Assembly: GCF_009914755.1 (NCBI RefSeq)
Contig: NC_060929.1
Strand: one strand, 5' to 3'
DNA: 64,000 nt
Source of the DNA: the human T2T-CHM13v2.0 reference genome, Homo sapiens
Positions 25,040 through 42,300 of this stretch are shown in pieces (within the stretch, counting starts at the first letter, position 1; each line of letters starts with the position of its first letter). The notes under the pieces are model-generated. The model was not told the origin of the DNA. It saw only the letters and a list, made by a program, of their open reading frames with translations, and did no database searches. The position numbers were made by a program, and so were the translations under genes.

Positions 25040-26926
25040 GTTAGGAAATTTTAATGATTTAATCTAGAATATCACTAATAAAGTAATAGTGGTCAACCAT
25101 CATAAAGAATAAAAATATTCCTTATGTGTTTCTATTAGATATCTCAAAATTTTAAACTGTGTCCCACAATAAGGGGTATATACTACACAAATAATATAAA
25201 ATTAATACCAAGATTCAATGTATGTAACTGAGAGTTGATTTATGGAACAATTCATATCTATGTATTCTGCTATTTTTAATTCTATTCAATTTCACTCTGT
25301 GCATGTTGTGCTCTTCCACCCCAATGTTTATTCCCCCTTTCTATAATAATATCTTGCAGCTCACCCTGGACCTGCTTTCTATAATCTCACCATGACATTT
25401 AGCTAAAGCACATACAGAAATAAATTTGTAATCAAAAGCAAATGGCTGACATCAGTTCAAGTGCTGTCTTTCCTGGAATACTCCCCAGGAAAAGAGTGGA
25501 GATTTGTCTGGAAAATGATCTGACAGAGATTCCAGACAAAGGAAAACTGGTAAGCATTGCTTTGACCAGGAAGCCTTTGCAGGAGGGGTCAGAAGTCCTA
25601 CCCTGTAGGCAGCAGCTGCAGGTGCCACAGGCCAGATGAATTGGAACTTATGCCTGTAAAAATTCAGCTGTTGCCTCTGCTTCTCAATTCAAGGTCAGCT
25701 AACCTTATTTCTGTCATGAAATCCAGAATTTGAGGAGGTCCCAGCAACCAGGAAAACAACTCTTAGAAAGATACAAGCCACCCCCCTCTACCTGAGCATA
25801 TGCCCTGCAGTTAGACAGCTGCACAGACTCTGGCACTCTCATGTCTGATTTTTCTAGGCAGTCCCCAGAATTCAAGGAACATTCCAGAGTTAGAGTATTT
25901 ATTTTTAATTTTTAACTAAACCTCATATTCACTAGCACATTCTCCTATGACCAATTAAATTTTCCCATGAGTCAACTATTGTCAAGTAAAGTAAACTGCC
26001 CAAAAGAATATAGAACATTTTTATTTGTTCAAAGAAAATTGGTAATAAAAGCACGCAGGGGAGCTGCTTAAACATGGAACTGTGGATCTATACCAAAAAA
26101 GAAAAAAAACAAAAGCCAAAAGAGTAGTTGATAATTTATTTATAAGCATGAGCACATGGAATTGCTTCCTGAAAGTGCTAGGGGATCCAATTCCGATATT
26201 ACTGTGTGACTCCAAGTAAGTTATCTACCTCTTTGAATCTGAGTTTGCTCATCTGAAACAAAAACAAAAACAACAACAAAAATGAAACAAAGAGGCATCT
26301 GGCTGGATATGGCTTTGCAAATTGCTTTTCTTCTTTCCATTTCCAAAATTCTGTTACTGAACTTGATTTCACATAATGGTAGCATTTCTGAGATTTTCTT
26401 TTCTCCTGTCTGATCAATCCAAGTGGGTAAAATCCAGACAGAAAAAGTCCCTAGATGAAGAAACACACCCTGCTTTCTCCATGACTGACCATTTATCTTT
26501 CCATTTATTATGGAAAGATAAAACTATCATAAATCTTTCCGTTTATTAGATTAAGCTGCTTGTCTGTGGAGGCTGTTAGACCATGAGGTAAATTTACCAA
26601 ACTCATCTGTACAGTAGTATGCATTTGACAATGAAACACTTCTAGAATAACAGGGAAAGTCAGAGAGAGGACAAAATGGCTGGTTTTTGTCCCCCTGGTC
26701 AGTGTTGGCATGTAGAATCAACTTTGTGACTTGAATAAATTTAATGCTTTGTAAATTTGTGTTACTTATAAAAATACATGTAAAAGTTGTTATATTTTGA
26801 GATTTGAAGGCTGAGAGAACAAGAAAATCAAGTAATCAGAAATTTTGATTCCAAAGGCATGAAATTATTCATAATTTCACTTTTTTTCCTCTGGCATATA
26901 CTTGGTCATTATTAACATTTCCAGTT

Positions 26927-27544
<618 letters not shown>

Positions 27545-27716
27545 TTATTTTGAGGATATTATTTAGCTAGTTTTCCCTTGAGAAGAATCACAACGTGTAA
27601 ACTTTTTGTTTGAGGCTATGTGGTATACAATATGTTTTCTTCATCTACACAAATAGCTTTATAGATATTTTATCTTTTAAATTCATCTAATTTTCAATAT
27701 GATGGTTATTGCCATT

Positions 27717-28137
27717 TGTGGCAGACTTATTTTCCTCCAATGTTTGTTTCCCCATTCTTTCATGGTAACAGAGTTTTGCTGGGCAACATATCAGCCCAGA
27801 TGAAGGCTATGTTTTCCATCCTTACTTGTAGCTAGAGGAGGTCATAGGCCTACGTTATGGCCAGTAAGGTATGAGTAGAAGAACTTTTGAGTCTTGGTTT
27901 TAAAAGGGTTGCACATGCATTTTCCTACCTTCATGCCTCTTACTGTTTGTTAAGAGATGGTGACACTGAAATCACCTCCCTGGGTCCAGGGAGGAAACTC
28001 ATCTGTTAAAAATGGCAGAAGTATGCTTGTAGTCCCAGATATTTACCTTGGATCTTTACACAAGAAAGGGAGAAGCTTCTGTCTTGCATTTTGTAATATC
28101 TTTGTTGCAGAAATTTAGCATGTACCTTAACTAATAT
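27717..28137 (+). mobile_element. Old MaLR (MLT1) solo LTR
   Basis: tgtggcagac... start and ...ccttaactaata end typical of MLT1; highly diverged. Confidence 0.5.
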
Positions 28138-29257
28138 GCTTCTCCTATTTTGAGGTCTGAGTGAGAAGAAAAGACATGAAAACAACAGAGAAAACGCTTC
28201 ACACATAAAACTGCCTCTTGCTTCCGGATGTCACTCCTTTCTCGCATTGTTGCTGTCTATGGTTGTCTCTTCTTTCATTTCCATCTAAGCAGCACCCTTG
28301 CAAGAGGAGATATCTTATCTCTAGGCTCTGAATGGTTCTTTCACTTTCAAATAAAAACACAACACGTCTCCTAAATAATTGAAATATAGTTTAGGGCTTC
28401 TTGCTGTGTGTTTTCTTAAAGAACTTGCCATAGGGACTTCATAGAGACTTACTGTAGATCTCTCAAATTCTGCTTTAGACTTTGCTCACTCCTTTCAAAA
28501 TTTTTATTCATTGCACATCTTAACACAGATTCTTCATGTGATTTTTGTACTATAGTTAGAACTGTTTCATGCTTTCTTTCCCAAAATACATATGTACATA
28601 CATATATATAAATAAGCATTTTGTTTGATTTTTTAATAAATAACTTCATACTAAAAGTATTGTTGTGGAACTTAATTTTTTTCTCCTTACAATATGTTTT
28701 GAAGATAATTAATTCAGTACATCTTGATTTCCTAATTCTTTTTAATTGCCCCATAGTACTTCCTAGAAAATATGTACCAAAGTTTATTAGACTTAGTTTT
28801 CTATAATTTGTATGATAAAGCACTTTACTTTTACAAAATAAGTATGATTAAACATTTTATTTTGTTAGATGAAAACGTTTTACATTATTACTATATATTG
28901 AGAATTAAAATGATACGAGAAATAACCCAGGTATCTAACCCTTAGCTTCAGAATTGGAACATTACTCATATCATTGTAGCCCCTGGGTATTTCCTTCTCA
29001 ATAAATTTCTCCACTCCATGCTCATCCCCATATATATTTATTCTAAACAATTCATTTTGGATTCACAAGTTTTTGAAATTTAAAGAAGTTGTATTACACT
29101 GAATATATTATTTATGACTTGTTTTTTTTCCCATCAACTTTGTTTTTGAGGTGCATTCGTATTGAATCACAGGAAATTTGTTTTCATGGCTTGGAGTTTT
29201 AATTTTTAATAATATTAGCTATCTTATATAGCTCTGCATCTCAGAGGCTGTCCTAAG

Positions 29258-29261
<4 letters not shown>

Positions 29262-29316
<55 letters not shown>

Positions 29317-29355
29317 CACATACATATATATACACACATATACACACACATATAT
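29262..29355. repeat. Compound (CT)n(AT)n(AC)n microsatellite
   Basis: Directly visible. Confidence 0.95.
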
Positions 29356-29758
29356 AAATTCATTTAATTTTCATACAAATAAGATAGCATAAATAATCCT
29401 ATTTTGCACATGAGAAAAGTAAGGCACTGTTTGGTTGAATAATTAGTAAAAGGCAAAAGATTTATATGATCTGAAGAGAACCAGGGTATAGGGGTTAATT
29501 AATTAGGTCACACAGCTGGTAAGAAGTGGAACTGGAATTCAAACCTAGGTGTGGTGACCCTGGAGCCTGTGCTCTTAACTACATTATACTCTGCTATTTT
29601 CCTCTCCTTCTCTTTCTTATAGCCACTCTCCTGTTGATGGACATTAGGTTTGTTCAGTTTTTGCTGTTTCAAGTAATGCTGCTAGGAATATTTTTGTCAT
29701 GTTACTTGGTACATTTATGTATTAACTTATAGGTGGAAAATTGCTGGATTATGGTGTA

Positions 29759-30283
29759 TGTATATTAGTTTCCTATGATTGCTGTAACAAATTACTACTA
29801 ATTTAATTACTTAAAACAACACAAACTTATGATCTTACAGTTTTGGAGGTCAGAAGTCTGAAATGGGTATTACTAGGCTTAAGTCAAAGTATCAGTAGGG
29901 GAATAAGCCTTCTGGACACTCTAGAGGAGAATCTGGTTTCTTGCTAGCTTATGGCCCCTTTCTATCTTCAAAGCCAGCAGCAGTGGGTTGAGTCCTTACA
30001 TAGAATCATTCCAACCTTGCTTCTGTTTTCAAATCTGTGTTTCTGACCCTGAATCTTCTGTCTCCTTCTTTCACATTTAAAGATCTCCTATGATTACATC
30101 GGGCCTTCCAGGATAATCCCTTCATTTTAGTGTTAGCTGATGTTAAAATGTAATGTAACAGAATATAGTAACGTGAATTCCACCTGCAACCTTAACTCCC
30201 CTTAATGTGTAACATGACATATTCACTGGTGCTTGAGATCAGAACATGGACATCTTTGGTGGGGACATTATTCTGTCTCCTAT
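29759..30283 (-). mobile_element. MLT1 (B/C-like) solo LTR inserted in an old L1
   Basis: tgtatattagtttcctatgattgctgtaacaaattac...ggacatctttggtggggacattattctg; L1ME-like sequence on both sides. Confidence 0.8.
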
Positions 30284-30544
30284 AGGATGCATATTGTCAA
30301 ATTGTCAGGTTTCCCATGTAGAAAGAAAAACTGCTTTCTAAAATGCTTTTTTTTTTTTAATCAATTTACACTTCTACAAGCAATGCATAAGAAAGTCTGT
30401 TGTGCTATATCCTCATTATATTTTATTTAAAAATTTTGTAATCTAGTGGATGTGAAATATTTCATTGTAATGTAAGTTTGTATGTCTCTCATTCCTTGTG
30501 AAGTTGAACATATTTTCAAATAATTATGGGCAGTTTTGTTTCAT

Positions 30545-33349
30545 CTTTTAAAAAATTAGCATTTTAAATTGACAATTTGTAATAGTATATATTTTGGGGG
30601 TACAATATGATGTTTTGATATGCATATACAATGTGAAATGATTTAATCAATATAATTAACATATCCATCACTTGATTTACTTATCATTTTTGTGGAGAGA
30701 CTTTTGAAATTTACTCTTTTTTTTTTTGAAATATACAATACAGCCATGTGGTAGTTCTGTTGTTAGTCTTCTGATGAACCTCCATACAAATTTCATGATG
30801 GTTGTAACAAATTAGTCCCACCAATAATGTACAAGAGTTCCCTTTTCCTTGCATCCTTGTCAATATTTTTTTTCCTTTTGCTTTTTTGATCACAGCCGTT
30901 CTAAAAGGTGTGAGATAATATTTTACTGTGGCTTTAATCAGCATTTTCCTAATGATTAGTGATGCTAAGCATTTTTCAATGTACCTGTTGGCCATTTGTA
31001 GTCTTATATTGAGAAATGTCTGTTCAAGTCCTTTGCCATTTTAAAAATTAGCTTGTGTTCTTGCTGTTGACTAGTTTGATTTCCTTATATATTTTGAATA
31101 TTAGCCTTTTATCAGATGTGTTGTTTGAAAATATTTTCTCCCATTTTGTGGGTTATCTCTTCACTTTGTTAATTGTTTCATTTACTGTGCAGAAATTTGT
31201 TAGTTTGATGCCATCGCATTTACCCATTTTTGCTTCTGTTGCCTGTGTTTTCAGGATCATATCCAAAAAATTGTTGCCCAATATCATGAAGCTTTTCTTA
31301 TATTTTTTATTCTAGTGGTTTTACAGTTTCAGGTCTTTCATTTGAGTTGATTTTTGTATATGATGTGAGATAAGTATCCAATTTCGTTCCATGGCATCAA
31401 GTTTTCCCAGCATCATTTATTGAAAAGACTATTTTTTCCCTACTGTGTGTCCTTAGTACCTTCATCAAAAACCATCGACTATAAATGTGTGAGTTTATTT
31501 CTAGGCTTTGTATCCTGTTTCATTGGCCAATGTACCTGTTTTTATGCCAATACTATGCTGTTTTGGTTGCAACCACTTTATAATATATTTTTAAATCAGG
31601 GAATGTGATGTTTACAGCTTTTTCTTTTTGCTCAAGATTGTCTTGGCTATTCAGGTCTTCTGTAGTTCCATATGAATTTAAAGGCTGTTTTTTCTATGAC
31701 TGTGAAGGATGACACTGGAACTTTGATAGCGATTGCATTAAATCACAGATCACTTTGGATAGTATAGACATTATTACAATATTAATTCTTGGTTGGCAGT
31801 TTTATTTTTCTTTCAGCGTTTTGAATATATCATCTCACTCTCTCTGGGTGTGCAGGGTTTCTTCTGAGAGATCTGCTGAGGGCTGTATTGGGGCTCTTGA
31901 GTATATTATGCTTCTTATCTTTTGCAGCTTTCAATATTCTTGCTTTGTCTTTGATGTTTCTTAATTTGATTATCACGTGTCTTAATGAAATCGTTAGGTT
32001 GAATTTTACTGAAGACCTCTGAGTTTATGTACCTGGATGTTGTCATATTTCTGTAGACTTGGGAAAGTTTTAGCCATTATTTCCTTAAATATGTTCCTGG
32101 GCCTTTTAATTTCTCTTCTACTTCTGGAACTCCTATCATGTGAAGATTAGTTCACTCGCTGGTGTCCCATCATTTTATTGGCCTTTTTCATTCTTTTTTC
32201 GTCTCTGACAGAGTAATTTCAAATGTTTTATCTTTGAGCTCATTGATTCTTTCTTCTGGTTGATCAAGTCTACTCTTGAAGCTTTATGTTGAATTTTTCA
32301 GTTCAGTTATTTTATTCTTTATCTCTAGGATTTCTATTTGATTTCCAAAAAAGTTCCTATTTCTTTGTCAGATTTCTCATTTTGTTGATGAATTATTTGC
32401 CACATTAAAAAAAAATGTCCTACCTGCATGTCCTTGGAATTTCCTGAACTTTAAGAGGATTGTTCTGGATTATTTGTCAGTTATTTCATAGATCTCTATT
32501 TCTTCTGGGTCCATTGTTGAAGCTTTATTATCTCTTTTGATGGTGTCATATTTCCCTGATTTTAAAATAATTCCTATTTCCTTGCATTGGTTCCTGCATA
32601 TTTGAGGAAACAGACAGCTCTTCTGAGATTTGCAGGTATTATTTGGCAGCAAAAGACCAGTTTAGTTTATTATTTAGTTTTACTGGGGCTTCTGGTAGGT
32701 CAGGTTGTAGTAACCATGAACAGGCAGGGCTTGGTTTTGGGTTCTTTCTTTGGGTTGGGCCACTTTCTATTCTCTAAGGTCAAATGGTACTGCTAGCTGT
32801 GCTTTGCAGTCTGGTGAGACAAGTGACTGGACTCTGTGGTCAGGTAGAGCCGTGGCTGGGCTTTGCAATCACCTCTGTTCAAGCAAGGTTCCAGATTGTC
32901 TTCCCTGGCCAGGTGGTACTGTTCTGTGGAATCCACAGTTTAACAGAGCTGCATGCTGGGCTGTGAGGCTGGCAAAGTTGCCAGCATTGCTACTCAGCTG
33001 CAAGGCATAGGCAGGGCCACAAGCTATGCTCCACAGATATGTGTGAACTTCTCAGCCTAGAGTAGCCTTAAGCAGAGCACTGAAGCTTGGTGGAGTCTCC
33101 CTTTAGCTACTGGTTTTGAATGGGGCCAGATGCTTTCTCAGCTTATAGTTACAGAACTTCATTTGCTTCCTGGCCTGGGGATGGCTTAGGAAAGCACCAA
33201 GGCTTGGTGGAGTTGCCTCTTAGCAGCTGGGTTTGAATAGGACCGGATGCTCCTTCTTTGTATTATTACTGATGTGTATTTGCCTTTCACCCCAGGGAAG
33301 GCTTAAGGAAAGCACTGGGGCCGGGTTGGGTCACTGCTTAGCCTCTGGG

Positions 33350-33350
<1 letters not shown>
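30545..33350 (-). mobile_element. L1MA-type element retaining 3' UTR, ORF2 end, ORF1 and 5' UTR but with internal deletions
   Basis: 3' UTR at 30545-30740; ORF2 C-terminus (MANRYIEKCLASLIIRKM) to 31790; ORF1-region and GC-richer 5' UTR sequence from 31790 to about 33350. Confidence 0.8.
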
Positions 33351-37130
<3,780 letters not shown>

Positions 37131-37246
37131 TAACCCTGTCCAGAGAGCACACCTTTATTTTCTCATTTAACTTTCCAAATCCTTCATTAGAAGTAAGTTT
37201 TTCAATTGTTTAATATGCATAATTTCATTCTATTTCTATGCAGTAT

Positions 37247-37354
37247 GTATTTATATATAATTGATTTAGATATTACTATATATGTATGTGTATGCAAACG
37301 TTTACTATATACATGCATATATAGTAATATCTAAATCAATTTTATATATAATAC
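37247..37354. repeat. AT-rich quasi-palindrome with 26-bp perfect arms
   Basis: 37259-37284 is the exact reverse complement of 37316-37341; centre aaacgttt. Confidence 0.93.
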
Positions 37355-37355
37355 T

Positions 37356-37483
37356 TTCCTTAATATTCTCCCTTTGTGTTGACTTCTCTATAGTACATAC
37401 ACACACATACATACATATATAGTATGACACACAAATGGCATGTGGCTGTAGAGAAGGCAGCACCAGGGGAGATTATTAAGGAA
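37356..37483. repeat. Imperfect inverted repeat with arms of about 45 bp, MITE-like
   Basis: 37356-37400 versus reverse complement of 37438-37483, about 80% identical. Confidence 0.8.
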
Positions 37484-37489
37484 TGCTAT

Positions 37490-39330
37490 CAGAGAAGTAA
37501 CAGGGAGTCAGACCATGTATGTCTTTGTAGGCCAGAGTAAGGATTTTGGCATTTAATCTTAGAGAAATTAAAAAAGAAATGTTCTGAGCAGAAGAGTGGC
37601 AAATGTTTTAAAAAGCTACTATACTAAGAATAGACTTTATTGGGTCAAGGGAAGAGGCAAGGAGGCCACGTGGAAGGCTATTAGATAAATCCAGATAGAA
37701 AGTGTTAGTGGCTCAGACCAGGAGCTAGTGATCACTCATTGAATTCCTGATATATTTAGATAGTAATGCCGGCAAGATTTTCTGATGGATTGGATGTGGA
37801 ACATGTATAAAAGAGAGGAGTAAAAGATGACTCCACAATTTTTGAATTGAGCAATTGAAAGTTTTGGGTTGCCATTCAGCGAGATGGGAGAACCACTAGG
37901 TGGAGTAGTTTGAGGTAGAAAAACATGAGTTCAATTTTGGAGATGTCATATATGCAGTTATATATGTGAATATAATTTGCCAACTTCTCTGGGCAGAAGA
38001 TATAAATTTGGGAACTACCTTGCATAGATGTAACATAAAGTGATGAGATGAATGAGATTCCCTGGAAAGTAAGTGTACATATAGAAGAAGAAAAAAAAGA
38101 CCAAGTCCCAGGGTCCTTGCTATGGTTTGAATGTTTTTGTCTCCTCCAATATTCATGTTGAAACTTAATCTTCAATGCAACAGTATTAGGTGTGGCCTTT
38201 GAAACGTGATTGAGTTGTGATGACTCTGCCTTCACGAATGAAATTAGGTACCCTTATAAAAGGGAGTTCACCCTTCTCGTCCTTCTGCCTTTGGCCATGT
38301 TATGACATAGCTTTCTTTACCTCTGGAAGATGCAGCATTCAAGATGTCATCTTGGAAGCAGACAGCAGCCTTCACCAGATAATCAAACCTGCTGATACCT
38401 TGATCTTGGGCTTCCCACTTCCCAGAACTGTGAGAAAATAAATTTCTCTTTGTAAATTGCCCAGTCTGTGATATTTTGTTACAGCAGCACAAGACAGACT
38501 AAGAGAGGACTCTAAGAAACAAACAAAAGAAAGATCTAGAAGAAAGGGAGAGGAGTAAGGAGTTTGAAAGGAGCAACTATTTAAACAGAAGGTAAACAAA
38601 GGATGAATATTTTCTGAAGCCAAATGACAAAGTATATGAAGGAGGATAAATTAACGTTTTGTGTCAAATGCTACTGATAGGTCAAATAAGATGAGCACTG
38701 AGAATAATCCTTTAGATTTAGTAACCTGGTAAAATTGGCATCCTTGAAAAGATCCATTTTGTAGTGGTTATGATGGTAGGAGGAAGTCTGATTGGAATAT
38801 GATTAAGAATGGAAAAAAAAAATGCAAAGAAAGGAGGGAGGAGAATCGGAGTCAAGGCATACAAATAATCTTTTCAAGCAGATTTGCCATAAAGGGAGTA
38901 AAGAAGTAATGAAGTAGTGGTAGCTTATGGGTAAAGTAGGGTCAAGAGAAGACTTTTTTGACTTGGAAGTGATGAGAGTGTATTTGTATACTGATAGGAG
39001 CGGTCAACTAGAGAAGGATATTCTGAGCAAGAAAGAAAAAGAGGTGCGCTCATTTGAACCACGTCTTTTAGTATGCAAGAGTGGATGGGCTCAAAAACAT
39101 AGAGAAAAATTAATTTAAGTAAGAGCATAGATAAATCCTCTAACAGGTTAGAAACCTGAGGTTCTAGGCATTGATGTTGGTAGTAAGTAGGTGAGTTTGG
39201 TACAGTTTGTTAAAGTTGTCTTCTGATTGCTTCAATTTGATTTGTGAAGTAAAACAAGGTCAACATCTGTGAATGAATCTGAGGAAGAGAAGTTGAAGAT
39301 TTGAGGAGTAAAAACTTATGAAACAGTCAC
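37490..39330 (-). mobile_element. Long L2 fragment interrupted by an MST LTR
   Basis: agagaggagtaaaagatgactccacaattttt, tgtgtcaaatgctactgataggtcaaataagatgagcactgaga, ttctgattgcttcaattt motifs. Confidence 0.8.
38118..38506 (+). mobile_element. MST (MaLR) solo LTR
   Basis: tgctatggtttgaatg...aataaatttctctttgtaaattgcccagtctgtgatattttgttacagcagcacaagacagactaaga. Confidence 0.88.
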
Positions 39331-42300
39331 CTAGGGGCATGAGAGAGTTAATGGTCTCTGGAGTTTTTTCAGTTTTTTTGAATGTTCTGAAATTTCACCA
39401 GTGTATGTTTTGGTGTGTTTTTGTTTTTTTGTTTTTGTTTTTTTCATCCTGCTAGGTACTTCGTGGGCTTTTTTGATCTGATGACCCATCCTTTCTTCAG
39501 TTCCAGGGAAGGAAAACACCACAAAGAAACATAGGGGACTTCATGAAGAAGACTTCTAATGGAAAGTAAAGTTGAAGTGGTAGTTTTGTGATCAGATAAA
39601 GTAGGGTCTTAGATGCCATGCTAAGTATATTGGTTTATTCAGTAGGTAATGAGAAAATATTAAATATTTTTAAGATGAGGAGTCACATGTTTCTGGCACA
39701 TCTAAGAAAACATATCTTGCCTTGTCTCTAGTCCTTTAAAATGCAGTTGACTTACCTAAGTCAACATAATGTTGAGTACCTGAAAACCAGGCTTATTGGC
39801 AACAGCATTCATTCCACTTATTTCCTATTCTCCTATAACTGCTGTAAGACCTTGACTCCTTGATTCTTAGCTTTCTTGCTTTTGATTTCTGCTTTTGGAT
39901 TCCTTGATTTAGGAACACATTAATACTGCTCTCTTGAAATTGCTAGCTTTGTGTTTTTCTCTCAGTTCGGCCTCTCCTTGGTTACAATATCCCTGAAACT
40001 TTGGTGGCTCATTTCCTTCCGTGATCATTTGCTTTGTGTGACTGTCTACTGACTACCTTAGCTTCTGGACCTTTTTTCCTTTCTACCAACCCAAGTAATA
40101 AGCCACAGTGGTATAAGCTGGGTAAGATTCTTTAGTAGTGGTCTAAGAATGAATTAAAGAGAAAAACTAGAAGCTTAGAGGGTATTTCACAGCTAGGTCA
40201 GGTGATGAGTAAGGAAATTCTAAACTAGGTCAGTGCAGGATTTGTTTTTAATCAGTTGTGTTATGACAGGCATAACTAAAAAGGTGATAGTTCTCATGTA
40301 CTTTTTGGCTATTTTGCATTTAATTAAGAGTGGAAGCTGAATATAATGAAACTGTTTATGAAGGTAGAAATAACTCCTGAGGCAATCTAGGTAGCACACA
40401 AGAACAGTTGGATCCCAATTGTCCTCTGTGTGTCTTTAGCAGGGTCTGGGATGTTAGCTTCTGCTTCTACCACTCATCTGTCCACTACAATCATGCCAAA
40501 GATATATAAGCTGTGGAGAATACTTTTCTATTTTTATTTCATTTTTCTTTAAGATCTGAATTTCTCTCTTCTCCACAGTGGCAAGTCACAGGTACCTGGT
40601 CACAGCAGGCTCCAATGCATGGTATTTAGAAGGAAAACTATATTTATCTCCTATAATGAATGTTAGACTGTTACTCTACATCTCAGCTACCAGGCATCAG
40701 TTCAAATGGGATTTATTTAACAAGGAATTCATTGTAGAGATAATTTACTGCAGAGAAATGCATTGTAGAATTTGAGGTGGAGATACTAGGAATTTCTTCT
40801 AAGTCATCAAAGGCTCAGGGGACTTTGAGTGTTCTCCATTTTCATACAAAAGCCATCTCACACAAACGTAGACAGTGACAAGATAAGGCAGGGCTTACCT
40901 TTGTGTTAAAATAATTGCTATTTAAAAAGGATACCTCTGCTTGTCTATATAGAGCTGAAATGCTTTTGTGATTGACTGAATATTTCCTTCAGACTCTAGT
41001 GTTTTGATAGCCTTCATAACTCGTTCATTAACTTCACATCGAGGGTTCTGCTAAGGTCTGTGTGTAATGTAGAGAACTCCAGGATACAGCCACATATTTC
41101 AGACCCCCACTCTAATTTTGAAAGGAAGTAGGAGGTTGTTGGAGCTTTATCCGGATCAAATTATTCAGATACTGCTTGATAACTTATTTTATTTTTCATA
41201 GGTATAGCCTTGCATATTTGCACGGATAATTTATTTTTAAATTACCCATTCCTGAGGAAGAGGAAAAAGTCTGCATTTAATTGCAAATGCCATCCAGAGA
41301 AATGTCTGAAAAAGTACACGTTAACTCAATTTTAATTTACTTCCATTCCTTTGTTATCATTTCCTCCTTTCTTTAATCCAAATACATTCACAAAGTTGGA
41401 CACATGCCAATGTTTTTAGACAATTTTATGACAATTCAAACAGAAAATATATGTTTTCCAGCAAAAACTCTGTAGCAATGGTCTCACGCATTTTCATTCA
41501 ATTTATTCTTTGAATGTCAGGAAGAAAATTGACTGGGCAATCATGGTAGTGATATTTCAGGGGCTAAACTTGTTATTTTGGAAGCAAGATTATGATTTAA
41601 GCAGAATGCAAGCACACTGACCTCCAAATCCCAGCCCTGGAGTTCTAATACAATGGTCTTCTCATCAAAGTCCCCAGAGTCCTGTTTAAGTCACCTGACT
41701 GGCAGGAAAATGATGTCTTCTGATCAGACAATGGATTCCTAGGGCCTCCTAACACATAGACAATTTTTGTTAATAGAGTTAATATATTGTCTATCACCCT
41801 AATATTTTTCATTTATAAGTAATTATTAAACCATGCTAAAAATAGGCATCGTAAATACTGTGATACAGAAAATATCCCATTGAGGGATGACAGATTCTTA
41901 GAGGGCCAAAAAAACATACAATGTGAGGGATTTCTAGAGATACGGTGAAAAAGTAGTAGCAGGGAGGGGAAAGACAAGTTGGGGACCATCAGCCAATGTG
42001 GCCAGTGCCCCAACATCTTTAGCATTGCCTTGGGGAGCACTTCCAGTTTTGATTTTTATTGGTATCTTGCCATATTAGCCCGATAATTGTCCTGGGCTAC
42101 TTAGGGGTGCATATGAATGCACATAATGACAAAGAGAGAAAAATGTGAGAAAGCCAATATGTATTGAGCTTCTACTATGTTTCAGACAAACCACTGTGTG
42201 ATTTTATGTATGTTATCTGTTTAATTTCATGTATAGCTCCATTATAAAATAAGGAATCTAAGAATGCCTATTTTGAGACTCTAAAAATGTAACAAGAAAA

